64,000 nucleotides of DNA from Patescibacteria group bacterium (GCA_004297205.1 SCUL01000002.1:252594-316593); one strand, 5' to 3'. Shown: positions 37,220 through 47,572, numbered from the stretch's first letter. Notes: generated by a model from the sequence alone, not told the origin. A program made the numbers and translations.

Positions 37220-39429
37220 AGCGAGCGTATATCTTCCTCAGGATACCCGTTCTGGCGTAGGAATTCGACGGCCTCCGCGCGCAGCGTCGGATCGAGGGCG
37301 ATGCCGCGCCGGGCGGCGTCCAGCGCCCGCTCGCGGCTCCCCATGGCAACGGCGGCGGCAACGGCCTGCGCATAAGCGTCGGCATCCCCGTTTTCGCCCA
37401 GTTGGTAGTTCAACGCGAACACGGTCTCGTAGTCTCCCACGGAAAGGAGCGCATGGAGGGCGACCGAAATTTCTTCCGGCGGACGGATCTCCGTGAACCC
37501 CGTTCTGCGCGCCGTGGCGAACTCCCGGGCCGCCGTGGCTTCATCTCCCGTCGCGGCAAGCCCGCGGCCGAGGTGCCAATGCGACTCCGGCACGGAGGGA
37601 TCCAAGGCCAAAGCGCGACGGAACACCGCGAGCGCCTCCTCCGGCATGTTGCGCGTGAGGTACAAATTTCCCAGCTGATAATCGACCATCTGCCGTCGCG
37701 GCGCGAGCAACCGCGCCTCTTCAAACGCGGCCGCCGCCGCCTCATAGGAGCCGCCATGGACCGCGGCGAGCAACAGGACGTTGGCGAGCGTGAAGCGTGA
37801 CGAAAACGAGGCGGGGCGGCGCCGGACGGCGTCGCGCAGCAGCGTTTCCGCCTGAGCCAGCGCGAGACGGTCCTCGTCCGCAAGCTGCGCCGACGCGCCG
37901 ACGCGTTTGAATATCTCGTTGGCGATGCGTTGTTCCTGCAACGCACGGTACGGGTTCTCGAACGAAACGATGCCGGCGGTGACCGGGGCAAAATCCGCGA
38001 CCGTGGTCGCGGTGACCGCGCGGTGGACGAGCGCGGATCCGCGCGCCAGCGGGATGACGCCCGCAAGAAGCGTCCACGCCCCGAGTCCCGCCGCACCGAC
38101 GGTGAGGGCGATCCGCGCCGCCGCGGGAAACGGCGCTGCGGATCGCTCCGGCGCGTTCTTCATCGCCGTGAGCAGCGGGACGGTTCCCGCCGCAGCCAGG
38201 AGCGTGGCATGCGTGTCGAACGACGTCAGGTGCGAAACGCCGAACGCCGCGATGCCCCCGAGCGCGGCTGCGGCGGCGCCGCCCGAAAGCACGCCGGACC
38301 GCCGCGCACGCTCGACCGCCCACGCAACGGCGGCAAACAGCGCCAGATACGCGCACAGACCGACCAGTCCCGCGACCGCGGCCACGTCCAGATAGGCATT
38401 GTGCGCGCGGTCGGAAAAGGAATTGCTGACGCCGAAGCGCGTGAAGTCCGTGGGATACAGACGGTCAAGCGCCATGTCGAACTGCTCCAGACCCCAGCCG
38501 AACACCGGCCGCTCACGAAGTGCCTCCCCTGCCACGCGCCACAGCTGGAGCCGTTGGATGATGCTCGGATCGTTCGCGGAAAAGAGCGAGGCGATCCGTC
38601 CCAAAAACGGCGCCTGCCGCACGGCGGGCACGTCGCGGACCAGATAGAGCGCGGGCACGGTCAGCACGCAGCAGACCGCGAGGACGACGCCGGCGATCCG
38701 CCACGACCGGCGGCCGGACCACAGGGCCGCCGCGATCCCCGCGACCGCAAACCCCGCGGCCGCACCCAGAAAGGCGCCGCGCGTCTCGGTCGCAAGAATC
38801 GCGAAACCGCCGAGGCCGAGCGCCACGGAGACGCCCGCCAACCGCCAGCGCGCCGGCAACCGCAGCGCCGCCGTGGCTGCGCCGGCAGTGGCAATGAGCA
38901 GGGCCTCGGCCAAAAAAATGGCGTTCCCGATGGTGGAGACGCTGCGCGATCCGCCCCCGTTGAAGGCGGACCAAAATCCGGGAACAAACCGCTCCAGGGC
39001 CGCCCATGCGGCAACGACCCCCCAGACGCCGAACCAGGACCAGGCATAGACGCGCGCCGGCGTGCCGCCGCGCGCGGCAAGCCGGTGGATGGCCGCGCCG
39101 AGCACCGCGAACGCCGCAAGCGTGACAAATCCGTTCAACCGCTCGCCGTTCCCCCAAAAACTCGTCGCGGGATGCGTGGAAAAAACAACGGCGAGCGCCG
39201 CCGCCGAAAGCGCGGCAAGCACGGCCGTGCCGACCACGCCCGGCCGCGTCGGCCGCGCCGTCCATGCCCACGCCAACAGGGGAAGCAGCAACGCGGCAAG
39301 GACGCGAACGGCGATGTCCTTGGCGGTCACGAACGGATAGCCAAGCCCCTTTGCAAACACCAGGGGCACGAACGCCGCCGCCACGGTCAGGGCGGCCAAG
39401 GCGTGCTCGCGGATCCTGCCGGCGCTCAT
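37216..39429 (-). CDS. O-antigen ligase family protein with C-terminal TPR region (paralog 2)
   Basis: TIGN, TETRG, GWGLEQF, SDRAHN, APRRQ; ATG 39429 overlaps the upstream TGA. Confidence 0.85.
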   Translation of the reverse strand: MSAGRIREHALAALTVAAAFVPLVFAKGLGYPFVTAKDIAVRVLAALLLPLLAWAWTARPTRPGVVGTAVLAALSAAALAVVFSTHPATSFWGNGERLNGFVTLAAFAVLGAAIHRLAARGGTPARVYAWSWFGVWGVVAAWAALERFVPGFWSAFNGGGSRSVSTIGNAIFLAEALLIATAGAATAALRLPARWRLAGVSVALGLGGFAILATETRGAFLGAAAGFAVAGIAAALWSGRRSWRIAGVVLAVCCVLTVPALYLVRDVPAVRQAPFLGRIASLFSANDPSIIQRLQLWRVAGEALRERPVFGWGLEQFDMALDRLYPTDFTRFGVSNSFSDRAHNAYLDVAAVAGLVGLCAYLALFAAVAWAVERARRSGVLSGGAAAAALGGIAAFGVSHLTSFDTHATLLAAAGTVPLLTAMKNAPERSAAPFPAAARIALTVGAAGLGAWTLLAGVIPLARGSALVHRAVTATTVADFAPVTAGIVSFENPYRALQEQRIANEIFKRVGASAQLADEDRLALAQAETLLRDAVRRRPASFSSRFTLANVLLLAAVHGGSYEAAAAAFEEARLLAPRRQMVDYQLGNLYLTRNMPEEALAVFRRALALDPSVPESHWHLGRGLAATGDEATAAREFATARRTGFTEIRPPEEISVALHALLSVGDYETVFALNYQLGENGDADAYAQAVAAAVAMGSRERALDAARRGIALDPTLRAEAVEFLRQNGYPEEDIRSL

Positions 39430-41615
39430 GCGCCGGGGACGGTCAGCGCCTCTTGGAAACGGCGCGCCTCCTCCGCGAAGGCGGGATCGAGTTCGGCCGC
39501 ACGCTGGGCTTCCAGCGCGGCGAGCGCCGGCTTGCCGAGCGCGGCATAGGTCGCCGCCAGGTGGACGTGCCACTGCGCGTTGTCCGGTTCGTGACGGATG
39601 AGTATCTCGTAGAGCGGAACGATGTCCGCGTAGCGCTTCTGTTCGTCGAACAACGCGATCACGTAGTCCATCTCCTGCCGTCGGGGCGCGTCTTTCCAGG
39701 CCCCGCGGCGACCGAGATCGAGGGACGTGCGCATCTCGTCCGCAGCCGCGGCCCGATCCCCCGCCGCGGACAGCGCCAACCCCAGGAACCAGTGCGGTTC
39801 CTGCAGCGTCGGATCTTCGGCGACGACCGCACGGGTCACCTCGACCGCTTTCTCCGGTTGTCCGCCGAGAAGCAGCGTCTTGGCGAGTTGGAATTTCACG
39901 GCCTGGCGGCGCGGGGAGATGGCGTCCGCTTTTTCGAGCGCGGCAAGCGACCGTTGCAGCCCCTCCGGGGACTCATACAACTCCCCTTCCAGGGCGTACA
40001 GCTGCCCGAGCATGAAAAACAGCGTGAAGTCGCCGGGGTGAAGATCCGTTTCCCGTTCCAGAGCGGCACGGACCGTGCGGACGTTATCTTTGTAAAACGC
40101 CTCGGTGCCTCCGGGACGCGCCGAGCGGTTCACGAAGTCGCGCGCCAGCTGCTTCACGACGTCGCGGCGCTGCACCGACCACGCCGCAAGGGCGAACCGC
40201 CCGTTCCGCGCCCAGGCCGCCGGCGAGTCCGCTTCAAGCGTCCGGAGCGCCGCAAAGCCGGATGGAATGGTCAGAGGACCGGCCACGAGCGCGACGACGG
40301 CAAACACCGACGCGCCCGCAAGCCCCGCGCGCGAGCGGCGCGCGGGAACGGCCGCGGACCCGGACCGCACGCCGAGCCAGGCGAGCAGGCTGAAAAAAAG
40401 CAACGAGGTGGGGAGGGTCTCGAAAAGGAACGCCCCGTGCACGAGATAGGCAGCCAGAGCGCCTGCGGCGCCGGCACCTTCCGCCGTCGTGAGCGTGCCC
40501 GCCCGCAGCCCGCGGACGATCAGCAGGATGCAGACGCCCAGCAATGCAACCCAGGCGAGGACGAGCGGCACGCCTCCGGCAACAAGCAGCTCGAGCGGAT
40601 AGTTGTGCGGCTTGTCGGAAACGGTTTCCGTGAACGAGAAACGCAACAGTTCCGGCCGGTAGTGGCGGTCGAACGCCGCCTGATAATTCTCCGGCCCCCA
40701 CCCCAACAGCGGTCGGGCGCGGAACGCTTCAAGCGCGATCTGCCATTGGAGAAGGCGCGTCGGATCATCGAAATAGGAACGGGCGTCGACGACGCGCACC
40801 ACGGGCGCGGGAAGACCGATGCGGACGAGGACGTCCTGGGGAACGAGGAACAACGAACCCGCGAGGACGCCGACCACGGCCGCGCCAAGGAGGATATGCG
40901 CGCGGCGGCGGCCGCGCGCGCGCAGAGCAACAACCGCACCGCCTGCGAGTGCGGCAGCGGCCAGGCCGACGATGCCGCTGCGCGATCCGGTCAACACGAC
41001 GCCGGCCACAGCGGCCGCCGCGAGCGCGGGGACTGCCCAGCGGATCCGTGACGGAAAAGACGAGAGGCAGAGCGGCGCCAGCGCCGCCGACATGGTCAGA
41101 TACCCTGCCAGGTATGACGGGTTCCCGAACAGTCCGGAGAAACGCGCTTCTTCCTGAAAAAAGGCACGGACGGCGGGAAACAACGCCTCGGCCACGAGCA
41201 TCGCCGTGGTGGCCGCTGCCGTCAGCGCCGACACCAGCCAGAAACGACGCCAGCCGGCGGCATCCAGGATCCGGGGGGCGGAAAGGCACCACACGGCAAG
41301 CGCCGCGGTCGTGACCAAGCCGGTGGCGCGGCTGACGCTCCCCCACAGCGACTGCGCGCCGTCCACGCCGAACAGCGCGGCACCGGCGCTGACGACGACA
41401 AAGACCGGAACCGCCACGAGGAGCGGCCGCGGGACGCGCGCCGCGGCCGGCCGTCCGGCGGCGACGAGTCCGAGCCCGGCGATGAGCGCCAGCAGGAACG
41501 GCATTTTTCCCGAGACCGCCGGAAAGAGCGTCACGGGCACATACCACAACGGACTCGTGGCCAGCGCCCAGGCGCCCCACTTTCCGGCTCGTACGATGCG
41601 GTCGCTCATGGACAT
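39426..41615 (-). CDS. O-antigen ligase family protein with C-terminal TPR region (paralog 3)
   Basis: LFGN, TGSRSG, GWGPENY, SDKPHN, SPRRQ. Confidence 0.85.
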   Translation of the reverse strand: MSMSDRIVRAGKWGAWALATSPLWYVPVTLFPAVSGKMPFLLALIAGLGLVAAGRPAAARVPRPLLVAVPVFVVVSAGAALFGVDGAQSLWGSVSRATGLVTTAALAVWCLSAPRILDAAGWRRFWLVSALTAAATTAMLVAEALFPAVRAFFQEEARFSGLFGNPSYLAGYLTMSAALAPLCLSSFPSRIRWAVPALAAAAVAGVVLTGSRSGIVGLAAAALAGGAVVALRARGRRRAHILLGAAVVGVLAGSLFLVPQDVLVRIGLPAPVVRVVDARSYFDDPTRLLQWQIALEAFRARPLLGWGPENYQAAFDRHYRPELLRFSFTETVSDKPHNYPLELLVAGGVPLVLAWVALLGVCILLIVRGLRAGTLTTAEGAGAAGALAAYLVHGAFLFETLPTSLLFFSLLAWLGVRSGSAAVPARRSRAGLAGASVFAVVALVAGPLTIPSGFAALRTLEADSPAAWARNGRFALAAWSVQRRDVVKQLARDFVNRSARPGGTEAFYKDNVRTVRAALERETDLHPGDFTLFFMLGQLYALEGELYESPEGLQRSLAALEKADAISPRRQAVKFQLAKTLLLGGQPEKAVEVTRAVVAEDPTLQEPHWFLGLALSAAGDRAAAADEMRTSLDLGRRGAWKDAPRRQEMDYVIALFDEQKRYADIVPLYEILIRHEPDNAQWHVHLAATYAALGKPALAALEAQRAAELDPAFAEEARRFQEALTVPGA

Positions 41616-41658
41616 TCCACGACGGTAACACAGGATCGCGCGTCTTGGAAACGCAGCA

Positions 41659-41686
41659 CCCCGCCCCGTCGGATGACGGGGCGGGG
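41659..41686 (-). terminator. Strong hairpin downstream of the S-layer-like gene (terminator/attenuator or stabiliser)
   Basis: CCCCGCCCCGTC-GGAT-GACGGGGCGGGG perfect 12-bp stem; weak U tract. Confidence 0.6.
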
Positions 41687-41745
41687 CGTGTTGTGCGGCG
41701 GAACGCGTTCTTTATCAACGCGTCAGGCCGTACGCCATCCTAGGA

Positions 41746-44700
41746 TTAGTAGGAGAGCGTGTTACCGACGATCGGGAGCGAGTCGACGATGGTGATAGAC
41801 GCACCGTTCGTCGAGCCGTCCGACCAGACCACTGCGGGCTGGTTGCCGCCGTTTCCGTTGACACCGGCGTTGCCGATGCCGACGGTCAGGCGCTTGTCCG
41901 TCGCGGCGTCCTGCGTGTCGAGCGTGGCGTAGTACGTCCGCGAGCTGCCGGCAGAGATGTCGGTGTCCGTGAACGCAGCTTCCGTGTACGCGGTCGACGC
42001 GAAGCCGGTCGCGATGTGCCCCGTGTTGGCGAGCGAGTTGCCCGTCGTGACGGAGTCCTTCCACACCTGGATCTCACGGGAGGTCGTGCCTCCAGCGGTC
42101 GAGATCGTCGACCCGATGTCCAGGTTGAGGAGCTTCAGCGTGGCCGTGTAGTTCCCGACGTTCGCGCTGTTGCTGACCACGAAGATCGCAGCCGTCTGGT
42201 TGTCCGCACCGCTGGTGGTGCCGGACGGGGAAGACGAGTGCTTGGCGATCGTGATCTTGGTGCGGAACGCGTCGTGCGGGTTGCCCAACACCTGGAAGAC
42301 GTCCGTGTCCGAGTTCGACGACGAGCTGTTGTAGTCCAACGAGGTCGTCGAGATCGAGAATCCGGAGTCAGCGCCGGTGGCGATGATCGAGCGGTTGGCG
42401 TTGCCGCCTGCCGCCGCCGCGCCGTCCGTGCTGAGGATCATCGTGTTCCAGACCGGATTCAGGACGAGCCGGTGGGTGGAAGACGTGACACCGCCATCCA
42501 CGAAGGACGAGAAGTCCGACACCACCTTGATCACCACCGAACCGCTCCGCGGAACGGTCAGGTTGTTGATGTTGTCGAAGATCGCGACCGGGGTGACCGA
42601 GTTGCCCGTGGCATTGGAGCCGTCGAGCGAGGCGATCGTCCCGCCGTACTGCGTGCCTGAGGTGGCATCGATGAGCTTCAGGTTCTTGAGCGTACCGGTC
42701 GCGGAGACGAAGGCCGTCCCCGGGCCGCCGGCCGCAACGACGTGCGTCATGACATCGCCGATCACGAGCTTCGTGATGTTGATGTTTTCCTGCACCGTCG
42801 CGTCGAACTTGAAGCGGGCGAGTTCAATGCCCGTGCTGCCCAGAACCTGCGTCGCACGGATCGGCGTGGACGAGTCGGGGTAGACCGACAGGTTGCCGTT
42901 CGTGGAGATGTAGACGTTCTGGAGTTCCGTCGGGCCGTTGCCGTCGGAGTCGGAGACGTCCGTGCCGGTGGCGACACCGGTGGCGGACACCTTGTCGACG
43001 TCGACGACGCCGTCACCCTGGACGTCGGTCGCCGTGGCGCCGGACTTGATGTCGGCCGTCACACGGAAGACCTGCGTCGCGCCGGCCGTGACGCGGATCG
43101 CCGCGGACGGAGTGAACGTGTAGTTGGTCGTCACCGTGTCCGTGAGCGTGCCCACGGTGTTGCCGACCTGGGTCAGCGTCGAACCGACGACTTTCCAGAG
43201 CTTCAGATTCTGGAAGGTGTCGGCAAGCGTGTCGCCGCCCGTGGAGGCGTCGCCGATCACGATCTGCGTGATGTCGGCGTCTTCGCCGCCGCCCGTGACC
43301 ACGAACTGGCCGATGTTGACGCCCTGGGCGCCGAGCACACCGGTCGGGTTCCCAGACGTGCGGTCCGTGAAGGACGAGTCCTCCGACGTGACCACGGCGC
43401 CGCTCTTGACCGTCACCGTGCGGCCGGTTGCCGAAGAGGTGCTGATCGAGTCGAGCGTGACCGTGCCCTGGGCGTTGGACGAACCAGCGGAGAGCGAGGC
43501 CAGGAGCGTGTCGTCGGTCCCGATCGTGGCATCCGTCAGGTCAGCCACGAAAGACAGCGTCTTTGTGGAACCGGCCGGGATGACGAACGAGTTGCCGAAG
43601 GTGTAGTCGATGTCGGTCGTGCCGCCATCGCAGGTCTGCGTCGCATCGGTCGTGCCGACCTGGGAACCATCAAGCCTGAGCTTGACGTTCTTCAGAATGC
43701 CGGCGCTGTCGTTGGAAGCGCAGAACGCGGAGAGGTTGTCGACCTTCACGTCTTCACCCGCGGCGGTGAACGTCCACTTGGCGAGCGTCACCGCAGTGGC
43801 GCCGTCCGGAACGTTCGTGGCCGGGGAGTCCGAAGCCGTGGAGATCGTCAGGCGGCCGGAGTTGATGGTCGTGGAGACCGCGACTTCCGGAGACGCGCCG
43901 TCGTTCGGCTGGACCACGGAGAAGGCGTTGGTCGTGCCCTTCACCGCGACCGTGTAGACCTGGTAGTTCTTGTCCCAGACGATGGCGTCGGTGCGCTCCT
44001 GGATGGAGAACCGGTAGGTGCGACCGGAACCGGCGATGATGTCACCGACGAGTCCGAGCTGCTTGACCTGGCCGTTCGTCACCTTGTAGCCGCCGTCCGT
44101 CATGCCGGAGAGGTCGAAGGTGACCTTGGAGCCGGTCATGGTCGGAACCGTGGAACCGAGCTGGGTCACGCCGTCCATGAGCTTGAAGTTCTGGAGGGCG
44201 TTGTCCTGCACGGAACCGATCTGGGTGAAGGTCAACTTCTTGACGATCATGTCCTGATCAGCCGCCGTCACCTTGAAGCGCCACAGTTCGTAGCTCGTCT
44301 GGCCCGGATCGACCGTGTTGTTGGCCGTCGGGGTGACGCTCAGGAACTGCGCCTGGCCGAGATCGGAGACCGTGGAGATGGTCATGGTGTTGCCGATCGC
44401 CGAGCCGGAGACCGCCGTGGAACCAGTCATCGTGATGTCGGCCGCCTCAACGCTCATCGAGAGGGTCTTCGAAGAGTTGGACGCGCCGCCATCGGAGTTG
44501 ATGGCCAGGTTGCCGCGGACCATGACTTCCTTCGTGCCACCGGCCGGGACCGAGATGTTCAGCCCAGTGAAGGTGATCACGCCGGAGGAGATGGTCGTAG
44601 AGCGGCCGAGCTGCGTGTCGAGCGTGTCGCCCTCATAGAGGTAGACCTCGCCGAGGTTGGAGTCGGCCGTGATGCCGCCGCGGCGGACCTTGAGGCCGGA

Positions 44701-45615
44701 GATCGTCGCCGAGCCGTCAGCGGAAGCGGTGAGCTTCAGCTTGAGGAACGGGATCAGGGCCTGGGCCGTGCGGTTGCCGCTGTTGTCATCAACGATCGTC
44801 ATCGGCGCCGGGTTGTTGGAGCCCGTGGCGAGCGTCAGACCGGAGCCGGTCCCGACCGGGGGCGTCGTCGTCCCGCCGAGCTGCGCAGTGTCGTTGAACT
44901 GCGAATTGCCGGTGGAGATGTCCGTGCCGTTCGTGTAGACCGACAGGTCGAGCGTGGTGGTGACCACGAACTCGGTGCGGAAGCGGTTGGCGGTCCAGCC
45001 GTCAGCCGTGATCTTCCGCTTCGAGGTGCCGTCGATGTAGTAGATGTCCGGGGACGAGGCCGTTTTCACGAGCGCGCCCGTCGGATAGGTGTTGGACGTG
45101 ATGTCCGCGCCCAGCGTGTAGTTGCCGAACACGGAGTCGTCGACGTCGCGGACCCGGGTGGCCCAGCCGGAGCCCCAGAGCGCCGACGCGACGGCCTCCG
45201 AAGAGATGCCGCGAATAACGCCGCCGGGTTCCACGGCGTAGACCGTCGGAACCGTATTGATCTTCATGAGGTACGCGCCCGGGCGATGAACGATGTTCAA
45301 ACCCGAGAGCGGAATCGACGCCAGGTCGGCGTCGGAGACCGTCGTGACACCGCCGAAGTCGGGGTACCACGAAATATAGACCTTCTGATCAGGGAAAGCG
45401 TGGCGCTTGCCATCGGTGCCGACGTAGTAGACGGCCTTCAGGCTTCCCTTGACGAGGGACCCGGCCGGCAACGTAATCGCCGCTTTGGCAACCAACGGGG
45501 CGGCGAACGTCGCCACACCCATGGACCAAGCGATGGTCGTTGCGACCACGCCCCACGAGAGCGCCTTCTTTCCCATCTGAACTGCCTTTTGCATAGATTG
45601 GGAGAATGCTTGCAT
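41746..45615 (-). CDS. Large secreted S-layer-like surface protein (Thr/Ser/Gly-rich beta-sandwich repeats)
   Basis: Signal peptide ending PLVAKA; N-terminal GSLVK..AVYY..DGKR..FP..SWY.DF repeats of the kind recalled from ABY1 Patescibacteria; strong codon bias; true start may be 45594 or 45576. Confidence 0.7.
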   Translation of the reverse strand: MQAFSQSMQKAVQMGKKALSWGVVATTIAWSMGVATFAAPLVAKAAITLPAGSLVKGSLKAVYYVGTDGKRHAFPDQKVYISWYPDFGGVTTVSDADLASIPLSGLNIVHRPGAYLMKINTVPTVYAVEPGGVIRGISSEAVASALWGSGWATRVRDVDDSVFGNYTLGADITSNTYPTGALVKTASSPDIYYIDGTSKRKITADGWTANRFRTEFVVTTTLDLSVYTNGTDISTGNSQFNDTAQLGGTTTPPVGTGSGLTLATGSNNPAPMTIVDDNSGNRTAQALIPFLKLKLTASADGSATISGLKVRRGGITADSNLGEVYLYEGDTLDTQLGRSTTISSGVITFTGLNISVPAGGTKEVMVRGNLAINSDGGASNSSKTLSMSVEAADITMTGSTAVSGSAIGNTMTISTVSDLGQAQFLSVTPTANNTVDPGQTSYELWRFKVTAADQDMIVKKLTFTQIGSVQDNALQNFKLMDGVTQLGSTVPTMTGSKVTFDLSGMTDGGYKVTNGQVKQLGLVGDIIAGSGRTYRFSIQERTDAIVWDKNYQVYTVAVKGTTNAFSVVQPNDGASPEVAVSTTINSGRLTISTASDSPATNVPDGATAVTLAKWTFTAAGEDVKVDNLSAFCASNDSAGILKNVKLRLDGSQVGTTDATQTCDGGTTDIDYTFGNSFVIPAGSTKTLSFVADLTDATIGTDDTLLASLSAGSSNAQGTVTLDSISTSSATGRTVTVKSGAVVTSEDSSFTDRTSGNPTGVLGAQGVNIGQFVVTGGGEDADITQIVIGDASTGGDTLADTFQNLKLWKVVGSTLTQVGNTVGTLTDTVTTNYTFTPSAAIRVTAGATQVFRVTADIKSGATATDVQGDGVVDVDKVSATGVATGTDVSDSDGNGPTELQNVYISTNGNLSVYPDSSTPIRATQVLGSTGIELARFKFDATVQENINITKLVIGDVMTHVVAAGGPGTAFVSATGTLKNLKLIDATSGTQYGGTIASLDGSNATGNSVTPVAIFDNINNLTVPRSGSVVIKVVSDFSSFVDGGVTSSTHRLVLNPVWNTMILSTDGAAAAGGNANRSIIATGADSGFSISTTSLDYNSSSSNSDTDVFQVLGNPHDAFRTKITIAKHSSSPSGTTSGADNQTAAIFVVSNSANVGNYTATLKLLNLDIGSTISTAGGTTSREIQVWKDSVTTGNSLANTGHIATGFASTAYTEAAFTDTDISAGSSRTYYATLDTQDAATDKRLTVGIGNAGVNGNGGNQPAVVWSDGSTNGASITIVDSLPIVGNTLSY

Positions 45616-45683
45616 TACATGAATATCGACACGGCGACGCCCCTCTCGAGGCTCGACTTTTCAGCCGCCGGTCATCTTTCAAG

Positions 45684-46868
45684 TTACCCGCCCGAGGACG
45701 GAGAGGTGCTGGTGCTTACCCCGGTGGGTTCACTTGCAGAGGAAGTCCCTTGCGGCTGCTGGCACGAAGACGTGCCGCAAGTGGTGGTCGATGTCGTCAA
45801 CGGCGTAATACCGACCGTGGTCTCGCCGCCGACGATGAGGGGATCAGCCACGGTGCTGGAAGCGGCGGACAGCGCCGAGAGCGCCGCGGCACCCGTGGTG
45901 GCATCGATGATTTTTTCGGCCGCCTGCACCAATTCCTTGCCTTCAATCACCTTGGTGAGGGCCGATAGGTAGTCTTGCTGATCCAAAAGGTCCTTCGCGG
46001 CGCCCAGCGCGGTCAGCGCCTGGTTGGCGGTTTCCGAGCCCGGCATGGCCGGCGTGGAGGTGGAGGTGTTGGCCACGAGGTTGGCCTTGTTCGTAATGGT
46101 ATCGATCTTCTCACCGACTTTGGCGGCGATGTCGTCGTTCGAAACGGCGCCGTTGGCATGAGCCTGGACGAGGACGGCCACGGCCTGCACGGAAATGTCG
46201 TCGACCAGCGCCTTGGCTTCCTTCACGGCCACCTGTTCCGGCACCCGCAGCTGGGTGTTGGTCTTCTCGAGCGCGGCCGAATACTCTTCGGATTTCTTGT
46301 CGACGAGGTTGGCGACTTCGGCCGCGTCGGCCGGTTCGCCCGTTTTGCTCAAATCGGAAAGGCTCTGCTGGACGGAACCCAAATCCTGCTTGATATGTTG
46401 AACGGCAGTGTTCAAACGCGCGCTGTTGTCGTTCTCCGGTTTGCCGGCGATGCGGGTGACTTCGTCCACGCGGCGGCCGACATATTCGATGCGCAGCGTG
46501 GCTTTGTCCGTGGCACTCTGGGCCACGGCAATGCGCGCCCGTTCGCTGGCGAGCTTGATCTGGTAGAGCGGATCGCCCGGGATGCTGCCCAGCGACGCCG
46601 AGACGGCGCCCACGCCGCTGCCCATCACCGCAGCCACGGCCAGCACGCCGGCCAAGACCGGACGAGCCACAAGCGTCGCCGCGTTGAAGGAAAACACGCC
46701 GCGCAGCGCGCCAAAGGTCTGGCGCGCACCGCCGCGCGCCGGCGCCTGTTCGGCGACGCGCGCCAGCAGCTGCGCGCGGGACGAGCGGACCCAGGAGGTG
46801 TCCGGCTCGCCGCCGATGCGCAACCGTTGCAGGTGCGACAGCGTGGTGATGATGTGTTTCGAGTTCAT
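45684..46868 (-). CDS. DUF5667-domain membrane protein, putative anti-sigma partner
   Basis: Single TM then SIPGDPLYQIKLASE, a helical region and a Thr/Ser tail; overlaps the stop of the ECF sigma gene. Confidence 0.7.
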   Translation of the reverse strand: MNSKHIITTLSHLQRLRIGGEPDTSWVRSSRAQLLARVAEQAPARGGARQTFGALRGVFSFNAATLVARPVLAGVLAVAAVMGSGVGAVSASLGSIPGDPLYQIKLASERARIAVAQSATDKATLRIEYVGRRVDEVTRIAGKPENDNSARLNTAVQHIKQDLGSVQQSLSDLSKTGEPADAAEVANLVDKKSEEYSAALEKTNTQLRVPEQVAVKEAKALVDDISVQAVAVLVQAHANGAVSNDDIAAKVGEKIDTITNKANLVANTSTSTPAMPGSETANQALTALGAAKDLLDQQDYLSALTKVIEGKELVQAAEKIIDATTGAAALSALSAASSTVADPLIVGGETTVGITPLTTSTTTCGTSSCQQPQGTSSASEPTGVSTSTSPSSGG

Positions 46869-47434
46869 GTTCGGGAGGAGGGGGGCGCGGTGCGCAGAAG
46901 CGTCCGCAGGGTGTCGAGCGACCGGTGCAGGAGCACTCGGACGTTGCCCGGGCTCTTGCCCAGGGCCTCGGCGATTTCCGTCGTCGTCAGCTCGTCGACG
47001 TAGCGCAGGATGATGGCCTCGCGGTACTCGTCCTTGAGCAGCCGGAGCGCCTTCAGCACCTTGCCGATGTCGAGCGACTCCTCGATCTTGATGAGCCCCT
47101 TGGCGTCCGAGAGCAGCAAATGTTCAAGCTCGGGGGCGGCATCGATCGACAGCGCGTCCTGGCGCGTGCGGTAATGGTCCGCCACGAGGTTGCGCGCGAT
47201 TCGATAGAGGTAGGCGCCCACATGGGTCACCGGCGCGCCTTCCTGCACCTGGTTCCAGAACCGCAGGAAGGTCTCGGAGGTGATGTCCTGGGCGTCCTCG
47301 ACCAACGGGATTTTAAAATACACGAACCGGTAGATCCGATTCACGTACGCGTCGTACAGTTTCCCAAACGCCTGCGGGTCTCGTTGCAAGCGGATGCGAA
47401 ACAGGAGCAGTTTGTCCTGCAGGCTGTTCGACAC
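46865..47434 (-). CDS. ECF RNA polymerase sigma factor (sigma70 group 4)
   Basis: AFG.LY, IYRF, A.DI.SE.F, YLY.IARN...D.YR, LRY..EL...EIA..LGKS.GNVR..L.R. Confidence 0.92.
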   Translation of the reverse strand: MSNSLQDKLLLFRIRLQRDPQAFGKLYDAYVNRIYRFVYFKIPLVEDAQDITSETFLRFWNQVQEGAPVTHVGAYLYRIARNLVADHYRTRQDALSIDAAPELEHLLLSDAKGLIKIEESLDIGKVLKALRLLKDEYREAIILRYVDELTTTEIAEALGKSPGNVRVLLHRSLDTLRTLLRTAPPSSRT

Positions 47435-47439
47435 AACAA

Positions 47440-47467
47440 TAGACGAGAAAACACCGACTCCGTTACA
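47440..47467 (-). promoter_or_regulatory. ECF-type promoter directly upstream of the sigma gene (autoregulatory, leaderless)
   Basis: Minus strand TGTAAC-16bp-CGTCTA, 5 nt before the GTG start. Confidence 0.6.
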
Positions 47468-47572
47468 CCACGGTCGACCAACGAATACCGCGGACTATAC
47501 GGTTTCCGTGTGAAATTAGCAAAAGGCGGTGTGCCTTTATGCAGTTGGGATACGGTATGCGGCATCAAACGC

